From a virus (Duplodnaviria; Caudoviricetes): a stretch of 64,000 nucleotides of DNA. Location of the stretch: IMG/VR virus record IMGVR_UViG_3300033555_000001, positions 128,001 to 192,000 of that record. One strand, written 5' to 3'. Under the pieces are notes generated by a model. The model was not told the DNA's origin. It searched no databases and saw only the letters and a list, made by a program, of their open reading frames with translations. Both the position numbers and the translations under genes were made by a program. Position 1 is the first letter of the stretch; each line of letters starts with the position of its first letter. Below, in pieces: positions 55,810 through 63,513 of this stretch.

Positions 55810-55828
55810 TAAATAGGTGATCTATTTA
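55810..55828. promoter_or_regulatory. back-to-back late promoter cores (TAAATA on + at 55810..55815; on - at 55823..55828)
   Basis: Both lie in the 72-nt gap between divergent late genes. Confidence 0.6.
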
Positions 55829-55847
55829 GATAAGAGGACTACGTCAC

Positions 55848-56636
55848 ATGTCTGACACTCAAAACCCGCTGCTGGCCAAGATTAAATTGCCAGGCCGCAC
55901 ATTCCAGCTCCCATCCCGTGGTGCAATGTACAACAATGGTGAATTAGCAGCAGATTCGCCAACCGGCGAAATTCAAGTATATCCGCTAAGCGCTCTTGCT
56001 GAAATAAATTTAAAGAACCCTGATTTGCTGTTTAACGGCCAGGCATTGGTTGCTGTGCTGAATGAGTGCGTTCCAGCAATTAAAAAGCCGCTAGACATGT
56101 TTGGGCGAGATGTTGACGCGCTGCTGTTCTTCTTGCGACTAGCAACGTACGGCCAAGAGTATCGGATTGAAGTAAAGCACGATTGCGCAGAGGCTAAACA
56201 ACACGCCTATGCGGTTAATTTAGAAGAAGTAATCCAGCGCATGGTATTTCTTGACCCAACAGTTATTGCCAGTAAACAGACGGTGGTGCTGTCAAATGGC
56301 CAGACCGTTTATACTCGCCCAATGAAGTTCAGCGATATTATTGCGCTCTTTCATAAGAGCGGCAGCAAAAAAGAACTTACCCCAGATGACATCAAAGAAC
56401 TTGCTGTTACTAATCTTATGTCAATGATCGAGCGAGTTGAGGATATTACTAACGCAGCTATGATTGAAGAGTGGGTGCGCACGCTTACGACTCCAATGTT
56501 TAATCGAATTACTGAGGCTGCAAACGAGCTCAACAGTTGGGGTCCTGAGCAAGTGGTAGAAATCAAGTGCAAAGACTGCCACGGAACAATGCGCGTAGAG
56601 CTGCCGCTGAATCCTGTATCTTTTTTCACCGAATGA
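55848..56636 (+). CDS. gp26: baseplate hub/tail assembly protein (gp26-like)
   Basis: LPSRG..Y, E...LKNPDLL.NG, D.DALL..LR.A.YG, CxHxC and CKDC Zn-like pairs, ends PVSFF. Confidence 0.8.
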   Translation: MSDTQNPLLAKIKLPGRTFQLPSRGAMYNNGELAADSPTGEIQVYPLSALAEINLKNPDLLFNGQALVAVLNECVPAIKKPLDMFGRDVDALLFFLRLATYGQEYRIEVKHDCAEAKQHAYAVNLEEVIQRMVFLDPTVIASKQTVVLSNGQTVYTRPMKFSDIIALFHKSGSKKELTPDDIKELAVTNLMSMIERVEDITNAAMIEEWVRTLTTPMFNRITEAANELNSWGPEQVVEIKCKDCHGTMRVELPLNPVSFFTE

Positions 56637-56664
56637 TTTTGGATGGCGATCGCACCAAAATCAT
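56621..56664 (+). promoter_or_regulatory. candidate programmed -1 ribosomal frameshift signal
   Basis: In-frame slippery heptamer T TTT TTC (56621..56627), 5-nt spacer, perfect stem ATGATTTTGG (56633..56642) / CCAAAATCAT (56655..56664). Confidence 0.7.
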
Positions 56665-56863
56665 AAACATGATCGATAGAATGTCCCTGGATGTCAAGGC
56701 GCTTATTCAGTGCGCACTTGATATTGCAACACATACTAGAGGCGGCGTGCCGTACGAGACCGCACTTAACATGTCAGCTTTTGAGCGTGATCTGGCAATT
56801 GAGGGAATTAATAAGAGATTAGAGGCTGCGTCTAAGTCTCCATTTGGTGGCATGATGATGTAA
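56633..56863 (+). CDS. gp51: gp51-like assembly protein (76 aa), in the -1 frame of the gp26-like gene
   Basis: ATGA overlap; GG..YE.A.NMS.FER....I pattern resembles gp51; no clear Shine-Dalgarno. Confidence 0.65.
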   Translation: MILDGDRTKIINMIDRMSLDVKALIQCALDIATHTRGGVPYETALNMSAFERDLAIEGINKRLEAASKSPFGGMMM

Positions 56864-56864
56864 T

Positions 56865-56892
56865 AAAAGGGGATCTTATAAGATCCCCTTTT
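56865..56892. terminator. bidirectional intrinsic terminator
   Basis: Palindrome AAAAGGGGATCTT-AT-AAGATCCCCTTTT between convergent genes. Confidence 0.85.
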
Positions 56893-56924
56893 CTTTTATT
56901 CGGCATTTAGGTTAATGTCAAGTA

Positions 56925-58175
56925 CTACGCCGTAAGACGAAGGTTTAATTTCTTCATGATTTCTGGCAGCCGATCCAAATACTGCTGAGGCACGCCATCT
57001 AGCCCATCATGCACCATAATTCCATGCTGATCAACAGCTTCCCAGAGCGCATATCTGGCGCGGCGTTCCCACGCAAAGTACCCACTGAATACCGATTTTA
57101 TATTTTGCCTGTTAGGCGCACGCTTGAGCAGTCCAAGACAGGCGTATTTTCTGGCAGCCGAGAACTGCGCAGCAATTCGCTGCAGGCGAGCACCAATTAA
57201 CATTAACTCAGACGTAGTAGCGTGTGGCGCAGCTTTGAGAATAATATCAGCGGTGAGTGAAAAGCCCGATCCGTTGGTTAGTAGTGTTGGGGAAATCTTT
57301 GAACCATTAGCCAGGCTCATGAGCACTTGCTTGATGGTACCGCGGTATTGATCAGTATACGGGTGCTGCAAAATCTGTAAACACAGCTCTTCCCTAAACG
57401 ATTCTTTATCTTCAAGCAGCCGCAACAAATCTGGAAACATCAGCCGCAGCGCGTTAGATCGATCGTGAAATGCTACTTCCAAGTGCTCCATTAAAAACTG
57501 CACATACGCAGAGTCAAGATCAATTCCCTGACCAAAGAGCATTTCTCTGAGCCAACCAGGCCAGGTTTCAACCGCGGCGATTGGCCACACTGAAGTATCT
57601 CGTAGCTGCAATTTACCACTGCGTGCAAAATAAAAGTTTATTTCTGGTGGCTGCCGTAATAACCAAATAAGCTGTGGGATAATTTCTGGCCGGCCGGTTG
57701 ATAACAGCCGGTTAATTATTACTGACTGATTGAGATTGGGCTGCAGATAGACTTTTGAAATAGCCGCATTTTCCGGCCTGACTCCTGGCTCGTAGTGCAG
57801 CTCAGTGGTTACGGCGTTAACCAGTTCTAAATCTGTGCGACTCAGTGTGCGAGGCACAAGAGTGCTCAGCTCCATGTTCTCTTCGCCAAGATTAAACCCA
57901 AGCTGCTTTATGGTGAAAAAGTAATCAAGGGCCGGTCGGTAATCGCGTACTTGATCCCTGAGATCCATTAGCCGCACTTGTACTTCACAGAAGCCCCGCG
58001 GCTTGCCGGATTTAATTGCTCCACGATACAAGTTCGCAAGCCATAAGATTAAGTCCTGGCGAGCCTCAATTTTTCCACGATGCAGTCGCTGCAGATCAGG
58101 CCAAAACTGCGTCCAGTGCAGGGGGTGATTGTGTGGCAAAGCGCCGGTGATGTTTAGCTTGTATGGACGTGTCAT
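56925..58175 (-). CDS. stand-alone family-A/T7-type polymerase-like protein
   Basis: Motif A-like GIDLDSAYVQFL, motif B-like RGTIKQVLMSLANG, motif C-like IMVHDGLDG, in the correct order. Confidence 0.55.
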   Translation of the reverse strand: MTRPYKLNITGALPHNHPLHWTQFWPDLQRLHRGKIEARQDLILWLANLYRGAIKSGKPRGFCEVQVRLMDLRDQVRDYRPALDYFFTIKQLGFNLGEENMELSTLVPRTLSRTDLELVNAVTTELHYEPGVRPENAAISKVYLQPNLNQSVIINRLLSTGRPEIIPQLIWLLRQPPEINFYFARSGKLQLRDTSVWPIAAVETWPGWLREMLFGQGIDLDSAYVQFLMEHLEVAFHDRSNALRLMFPDLLRLLEDKESFREELCLQILQHPYTDQYRGTIKQVLMSLANGSKISPTLLTNGSGFSLTADIILKAAPHATTSELMLIGARLQRIAAQFSAARKYACLGLLKRAPNRQNIKSVFSGYFAWERRARYALWEAVDQHGIMVHDGLDGVPQQYLDRLPEIMKKLNLRLTA

Positions 58176-58181
58176 GCTGTA

Positions 58182-58190
58182 ATTGTATCA
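58182..58190 (-). promoter_or_regulatory. extended -10 promoter (TGaTACAAT) 6 nt before the ATG
   Basis: Minus strand reads TGATACAAT-TACAGC-ATG; no Shine-Dalgarno. Confidence 0.5.
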
Positions 58191-58203
58191 TCTTCTAGAT
58201 GCT

Positions 58204-58227
58204 AAAAAGGGCATACAGTGTATGCCC
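58204..58227 (-). terminator. intrinsic terminator
   Basis: Minus strand GGGCATAC-act-GTATGCCC-TTTTT. Confidence 0.75.
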
Positions 58228-58251
58228 CTCTGGTTATTCAAACTGCAGAAA

Positions 58252-58479
58252 TTAGGGGAAAGCGCCTAACCAATACCCAATGCCGTGAATAACTCCAATT
58301 GGAAACAGCAAGGCTCCGGCAATTAACAGGATCCAAAAACCTGCTTTAATTGAAACCACAATGTGCGTCAGCCATGCCGCAAAAATGATAACTGGAAGAG
58401 CAACAAATAGTAGCACCGTTGCCACCGCACCTTTCTTGCTAAAGAATGAGTTAAAGCTAGAGCTAATCCTGTTAAACAT
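58252..58479 (-). CDS. small membrane protein
   Basis: Start moved to MFNRISS; two hydrophobic helices ending PIGVIHGIGYWLG. Confidence 0.65.
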   Translation of the reverse strand: MFNRISSSFNSFFSKKGAVATVLLFVALPVIIFAAWLTHIVVSIKAGFWILLIAGALLFPIGVIHGIGYWLGAFP

Positions 58480-58681
58480 TAGCTGCCGGCGGTGCAGTAC
58501 CCTGCCGCACGCTCTTTTTAAGAGCCAAATATGCGCCACGAAAAGTATTACTGTTTACGGTGACCGTGCCACGCTTGTCCCGTGTGTACGCCACGGCTTT
58601 GACGTCGACGCCCTGTGCAATTGCAGCTTTTTCTAGATTACGGGTAACTTTGCGCAGGCTTTTTGCTGTTTTAGCGTTCAT
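58472..58681 (-). CDS. small basic hypothetical protein
   Basis: GAGGAG RBS; MNAKTAKSLRK N-terminus. Confidence 0.65.
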   Translation of the reverse strand: MNAKTAKSLRKVTRNLEKAAIAQGVDVKAVAYTRDKRGTVTVNSNTFRGAYLALKKSVRQGTAPPAANV

Positions 58682-58740
58682 TGTGTGCTCCTCTTAAAAA
58701 TACTATTTTAGCCTGTATTGAATTTTAAGAGAGAGCCTTT

Positions 58741-59139
58741 TTAGGTTGATGCTTTTGCTGCCTTGGCTTTAACTCTGGCGCGCTTTGTTTTAAGCTTTCG
58801 ACGTTCTGCTTTTTCTTCAGGGGTGAAGTGCGTAGGGTGAATCAGTGCAGTTTGATTTGCGGCGTGCGTGCTAAGATAATTACCGGCCCCGTGCAAAAAG
58901 GCGATTAGCTGTGCGGGTTTCATGCCATATCGCGGCGCGCCATTTTCCACTTTTCCGAGCAAACTATTACAACTGCGGTGCAGCACGGCTCGAACGTGTC
59001 CGCCTTTATGGCAGTGATCTAGCACCGCCTCTTCTGGAGTGCAAACTAAGTTGCAAATAGCACAAAACCCGCCTTGCTGTTCGTGCATCAGCGTGCGGGT
59101 TTTCTTTACACCGGTAGTCTTAAGTTTTGTAGGAGTCAT
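58741..59139 (-). CDS. gp49: recombination endonuclease VII (gp49-like)
   Basis: Q.G.CAIC..LDHCH..GHVRAVLHRSCN.LLGKVEN. Confidence 0.9.
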   Translation of the reverse strand: MTPTKLKTTGVKKTRTLMHEQQGGFCAICNLVCTPEEAVLDHCHKGGHVRAVLHRSCNSLLGKVENGAPRYGMKPAQLIAFLHGAGNYLSTHAANQTALIHPTHFTPEEKAERRKLKTKRARVKAKAAKAST

Positions 59140-59142
59140 CCC

Positions 59143-59415
59143 CTATTTAACTGGGCTCTGCTCACCCCAAATTTCCATTTCTTCTGGTTCACCCGTAACG
59201 ATTAATGTTTTACCGCTTGCTTTTATAATACCATATTCACCATCGTCCCAAATTTCTTGAGGATCGGGAATGATTGTAACTTTACGTGTAATATAGCAAA
59301 ATCCATCTCGGGCTGTTGGAAATTTATTTGAAAAGTACCGCTCATTGTCTCGCTGAGTAATATAAATTTTAGCAGAGGCAGTGCGCGGTTTTTCTAAGAT
59401 TTCTGATAATTTCAC
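59143..59415 (-). CDS. hypothetical protein, putative internal head protein
   Basis: Coupled start; N-terminus MKLSEILE; its TAG stop forms part of a TAAATA core (59144..59149). Confidence 0.55.
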   Translation of the reverse strand: MKLSEILEKPRTASAKIYITQRDNERYFSNKFPTARDGFCYITRKVTIIPDPQEIWDDGEYGIIKASGKTLIVTGEPEEMEIWGEQSPVK

Positions 59416-59876
59416 GGCGACTTCTTCAATGAAGACTCAAAGGTAGAGGCTTCTTCAATTTCAAAGTTAAACGAATTATCAGTTACTCGCTTGACGACGT
59501 AATCACCATCATTTAGCTGCGCGGTCATACTGTTTTCAAGTTGAACTTCAATTGTATCTCCGGAGTACTTAAACGCTGAAATTTTAAGTGGATCCATGTA
59601 GACGGTAAAACCCTCGGCATCAGCCGTTTGATTAGGGCGAATTGGAGCCAGTGTTTTAGAGAGTTCAACCGCGCTAAACGTGCCAAACGGTTTTGATGTT
59701 GTACCAACCACGCTCAAGACCTCGTACGTTACTGGCTTTGTATCCAGTGGGCGAACCATGTAAGTAAGGGTTGATACGTACTTTGAAACTTCGGATTCGT
59801 TATTTGACCACAGGTCTTCTACGGCAACTTTTTCAATTGCCGCTTCAAAGATAGGTTTTAGATCTGATAATTTCAT
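59412..59876 (-). CDS. hypothetical protein, putative internal head protein
   Basis: GGAG RBS; TAAATA upstream; N-terminus MKLSDLKPIFEA. Confidence 0.6.
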   Translation of the reverse strand: MKLSDLKPIFEAAIEKVAVEDLWSNNESEVSKYVSTLTYMVRPLDTKPVTYEVLSVVGTTSKPFGTFSAVELSKTLAPIRPNQTADAEGFTVYMDPLKISAFKYSGDTIEVQLENSMTAQLNDGDYVVKRVTDNSFNFEIEEASTFESSLKKSP

Positions 59877-59883
59877 GACTGCT

Positions 59884-59916
59884 CCTGTAAGATCAGATAT
59901 TTAGCCCTCTATGATC
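59884..59916. repeat. 33-bp direct repeat, copy 1 (late promoter + gp46 3' end remnant)
   Basis: CCTGTAAGATCAGATATTTAGCCCTCTATGATC; 32/33 identical to 60281..60313. Confidence 0.9.
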
Positions 59917-59934
59917 TTGATAAGTCTACGGTGT

Positions 59935-60273
59935 TTAATAAAGTGGTTTTTTCTTAGTGAAAATTACATCGAACGAATTATCATTCTGTTCAAAACGAAA
60001 CATCGCCCAACCAGCAGCTTTTTCTTTTGCTATTGCTAAATTAAATGTCGCTTTATAAACATCAGGCGTGGTATTTTTTGGCATCTTAATAAGTTTTGAT
60101 TTGACGTCGCAGCCAGCGTTGTATAACTTCATCAGCTTGGTGGCGTCGGCACGCGACATCCATATATTGGCTGCAGAACCTTTGTCTTCAAGAAACTCAT
60201 AGAAGCCGTCAAGATCGGTAAATGCAAATCGCAATTTGGCTTCGGTAATTTGTAATAGCTGCTTCAATATCAT
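59935..60273 (-). CDS. hypothetical protein flanked by direct repeats, putative internal head protein
   Basis: N-terminus MILKQLLQITEA; own TAAATA and GGGGG RBS. Confidence 0.65.
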   Translation of the reverse strand: MILKQLLQITEAKLRFAFTDLDGFYEFLEDKGSAANIWMSRADATKLMKLYNAGCDVKSKLIKMPKNTTPDVYKATFNLAIAKEKAAGWAMFRFEQNDNSFDVIFTKKKPLY

Positions 60274-60280
60274 AATTCCC

Positions 60281-60313
60281 CCTGTAAGATCAGGTATTTA
60301 GCCCTCTATGATC
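60281..60313. repeat. 33-bp direct repeat, copy 2 (includes the gp46 stop codon and TAAATA)
   Basis: CCTGTAAGATCAGGTATTTAGCCCTCTATGATC. Confidence 0.9.
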
Positions 60314-62037
60314 GTACTAAACCCGTGATGCTTTTGTATTGTCATTGACCGATCTAATCGACCTTGGATATTTTGATGATGACTGATAACATAGATACCA
60401 AGATCCTCGTCACGGCTCTTTTCTTTTAGAATCCTGACAATTGCGTCAATTCCCGCGCTGTCAAGTGCGCCATCCAGCTCGTCAATCAGGAGCAGATTAC
60501 ATTTGGCGTGCAAGTGGTGCAACACGTCTCTGAACGCCAGGGCCATGCCGGTATTGACGCGCTTCTTTTCGCCGGCTGACAAGTTACCAAAGTCAAGGTC
60601 TCGCCCAAACTCAGACACAGTACAGCTCAGGTCAGCGTCAAATTTCACAATGTGCGGCAGCCCAAGCTTAGCCGTGTAGTTGTTGATTCGACTGTTCAAG
60701 AACGGAATGGTTCGGCTAATAATTCGCCGGCGCAGAAATGAATCTTTAGAGGTAAGCAGCTTTAGCAGAAACGCCTGATGTTCTAATCGTTTTTTCAGAG
60801 CATCAACTTTTTCAGGTTCTGCTGCTTGTGCAGTTTCAGCGCTTAACTGCTTAAACGCTTCAGTGTGCGGATTAACTGCGGTGGCTAAATCACCAAGCTT
60901 TACGGTCATGACTGATGAATTTTCACGGGCGGCCAAGAGCTCTTTCAAGTTACTGTGCTTGATAGCGCCTTCAACTTCAGCGAGCCGCTGTGCATGGGAC
61001 TGCACCTGTAGAGCCAGGTCGCCTACCACTTCCTCAACCTCCAGCAGTCTGGCGCCTTTAGCTTCAATGGCCGCATCCAGTTCTGTGAGCTTTTTTGGAG
61101 CATCAGCAAATTGCTGCAAACAGTACGGGCAATTTGCTTTAGCCAAGTGCGTCTGCTCGCTGAGTAGCCTTTCTACTTCAGCGGTGAGTAACTGCCGATC
61201 TTTTTTGGCTGGGGCCAGCTTAGAGTTTAGTTGTGCACCCTCTTGCGCCAGAGCAGTGCGCTCGTCATGCAGTAACTGCTCAAGCTCAAAGTCAACTGTG
61301 CCAAGCACCGCCAGGGTTTTTTCAATACTGGCTATTTCTTGCTGGCGCGTAACTTCCCAGCGATCTACTCTACTTGAGGCATCTGTAATCTGCTTTTGAT
61401 GCAGTTCTGCTGCTGTTAATTGCTGCTTGAGTACCGCCTCTTGTACTTTTAAATCGCTCTCTGTTTCGCGAATCAGCTCTTTGAGCACTTTTGCTTTTTC
61501 AGACAGGAGTGTAATGTTAAACAGTTCTTCAATTTGATTGCGCTGCGCTGCGGTTGGCAGCTGCAAAAACGCCACTGAGTTACCGGAGAAAATAATAGTC
61601 TTGGTAAAGAGATCATAAGAAATTCCAATGATCTCCTCGATCATTTTATCGCACTCAATTACGCTTTTACCTGGTGTAATGTCATCGCCGTTCTTCCACA
61701 GGTTAATTGTAAAGTGCTCACCACGTGTTCGTAAAATTTCATACTCATCACCGCCCCGCTCAAATGACAGGCGTACTTCCATGAGTGTGTTCTTTGATGC
61801 GTTTGTGCTGTTAATCAACCGCTGTAGACTGATATTGTCAAACGGCTTGTTGTACAGCGCGTAACACAGCGCGTTAATGATTGTAGTTTTGCCAGCGCCA
61901 TTTGAGCCGCCAACGTCTAGATTTTGGCCATCAATAGTTACAGTGCCAGGCTCGGCCAGATTTATTACGGTATCATTTTGGCCGAACGATAGAAAGTTTC
62001 TGAGCGTCAAGTCCCTGAAATACAGTGTACTGCTCAT
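60298..62037 (-). CDS. gp46: SbcC/Rad50-like recombination ATPase (gp46)
   Basis: Walker A GSNGAGKTT, zinc hook CPYC, signature LSAGE, Walker B LLLIDE. Confidence 0.95.
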   Translation of the reverse strand: MSSTLYFRDLTLRNFLSFGQNDTVINLAEPGTVTIDGQNLDVGGSNGAGKTTIINALCYALYNKPFDNISLQRLINSTNASKNTLMEVRLSFERGGDEYEILRTRGEHFTINLWKNGDDITPGKSVIECDKMIEEIIGISYDLFTKTIIFSGNSVAFLQLPTAAQRNQIEELFNITLLSEKAKVLKELIRETESDLKVQEAVLKQQLTAAELHQKQITDASSRVDRWEVTRQQEIASIEKTLAVLGTVDFELEQLLHDERTALAQEGAQLNSKLAPAKKDRQLLTAEVERLLSEQTHLAKANCPYCLQQFADAPKKLTELDAAIEAKGARLLEVEEVVGDLALQVQSHAQRLAEVEGAIKHSNLKELLAARENSSVMTVKLGDLATAVNPHTEAFKQLSAETAQAAEPEKVDALKKRLEHQAFLLKLLTSKDSFLRRRIISRTIPFLNSRINNYTAKLGLPHIVKFDADLSCTVSEFGRDLDFGNLSAGEKKRVNTGMALAFRDVLHHLHAKCNLLLIDELDGALDSAGIDAIVRILKEKSRDEDLGIYVISHHQNIQGRLDRSMTIQKHHGFSTIIEG

Positions 62038-62369
62038 TTTGAAAGCTTTACTGGCAAGTCGTTAATGCTGATGATCTTAATCGTAAAATCACCCTCTTCT
62101 TCTGCCTTCTTTGAAAAGCTAGAAAAAATACCAGACATGATACCAGACATACGTTCGGAGTCCTTGTGGCATATGTATACGGAGCCGCTGGCTTGAGGCA
62201 TGGTGTACTGCTCACCGTCAAACACAACGCTTTCAATTCCTGAGCTCAGTTTCCATGAATCACCATTAGCAAAGCCGCCATACCAGCTAGCAAGCACTTT
62301 ATTAATTGTGCCATGTTCGGCAGAATCTAACTCTACAATTACCCATGCATCCGGATGATAGTCGCTCAT
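62034..62369 (-). CDS. conserved phage hypothetical protein
   Basis: PDAWVIV...KVLASW.GG..GDSWKLSSGI motif; ATGA-coupled on both sides. Confidence 0.7.
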   Translation of the reverse strand: MSDYHPDAWVIVELDSAEHGTINKVLASWYGGFANGDSWKLSSGIESVVFDGEQYTMPQASGSVYICHKDSERMSGIMSGIFSSFSKKAEEEGDFTIKIISINDLPVKLSK

Positions 62370-63415
62370 TCTGTTCTTAATTCCTCATAAATTTGAACCA
62401 ACATCTCTGGATCAATTGTTGCTGTTGGCGACACACCCTCGTGAATTAACTGTCGCACGGTACCGTCCAGCGATGACAGGTCTAGTTCACCCTCCAGTTC
62501 TAACCCGGAGTTGAGAGCATCTTTCTTAGATTGTAAGTCCTCTTCGACAGAAAATTCTCTTAAATTAAAGGTTGACATCATTTCTTCTCGCAGGGCCTGC
62601 ACATCGCTGTAGCCAACATCTACGTCAAGTACACATCTGACTCGCCCGCCGGATTTAAAGCTCATTTCGCCTGTGAGTACCTGAGAAAGCTTAGTCTGAT
62701 AAAACAGTGGAGCGTCCTCATAATCAAAGAACTCTACACTCTCAGTTCCAGGAATAAAGAGACAGGCACCGCGTTCAGTATCCCAAGAGTCGCCAAAGGT
62801 GGTTGGAAAAGTGTTGCCAATATAAATGATGTTCTTGTTTACTTGGCGCAGGTGAAAGTGCCCGCTGAAAATATACTTAGGCCCAGTAAATTGATCTGCG
62901 TCCGGGCCGTGTTCTAGTCTGCGGTCGGTACCAGACACAACAAAATTTCGGAACTCAAAGTGCCCAAGCACGTACTTGTAAGAGTTAATCTGTTCGGCGA
63001 GCTGCGGGTATTCTTCTTTGAAGATAAAGGGTGTTGCAAATAAATCAGGCGCCAGTTCCATTGGCTCATTAACAATAACGAAGTTCTTCAGATCTCTGAA
63101 TTGGTCAGTGCTAAACACTTCGCGATTGGAGCGGTGATACAGGTCATGGTTGCCCACCAAGAAGAAAACTGGTAAGCCCAGGGCGTCTAATCTGCGGGCA
63201 CCCTCTTGAGATGCTTTTAATGTTCGCACATTAATTGCATTTCGGGATTCGAACCAATCACCCAGGAACGCGATATGTGTGGCTTTTTGTTCGATGGCTC
63301 GGGCACAAAACCAGTCTATGTAGTTTAGACAGTCTTGCAGATGTTGGTCGCTGTTCGACCGTGCGCCCCAATGAATGTCGGTGCACATCATCATTCTCAT
63401 ATTGGAGGTTATCAT
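62366..63415 (-). CDS. gp47: SbcD/Mre11-like nuclease (gp47)
   Basis: TDIHWG, LGDWF, GNHD, GHFE and SGHFH metallophosphoesterase motifs. Start moved to the ATG with an AAGGAG RBS. Confidence 0.95.
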   Translation of the reverse strand: MITSNMRMMMCTDIHWGARSNSDQHLQDCLNYIDWFCARAIEQKATHIAFLGDWFESRNAINVRTLKASQEGARRLDALGLPVFFLVGNHDLYHRSNREVFSTDQFRDLKNFVIVNEPMELAPDLFATPFIFKEEYPQLAEQINSYKYVLGHFEFRNFVVSGTDRRLEHGPDADQFTGPKYIFSGHFHLRQVNKNIIYIGNTFPTTFGDSWDTERGACLFIPGTESVEFFDYEDAPLFYQTKLSQVLTGEMSFKSGGRVRCVLDVDVGYSDVQALREEMMSTFNLREFSVEEDLQSKKDALNSGLELEGELDLSSLDGTVRQLIHEGVSPTATIDPEMLVQIYEELRTE

Positions 63416-63513
63416 GCCGCCGCTCCTTGGAGACAACCGCTAATAACTACTCTAAGTCCTGCAAAGTTTACTACCAAAAATTGCTGCGTTGGGTATAAAG
63501 TGTAAGCCGTCAT
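63412..63513 (-). CDS. 33-aa upstream ORF coupled to gp47
   Basis: AAGGA RBS; MTAYTLYPTQQFLVVNFAGLRVVISGCLQGAAA*; its TGA overlaps the gp47 ATG. Confidence 0.4.
   Translation of the reverse strand: MTAYTLYPTQQFLVVNFAGLRVVISGCLQGAAA

Noticed and set aside
58252-58479. Small two-TM protein as the holin
   Set aside because: The topology is compatible, but it lies 50 kb from the lysis genes in an apparently non-late context and has no holin-specific motif.
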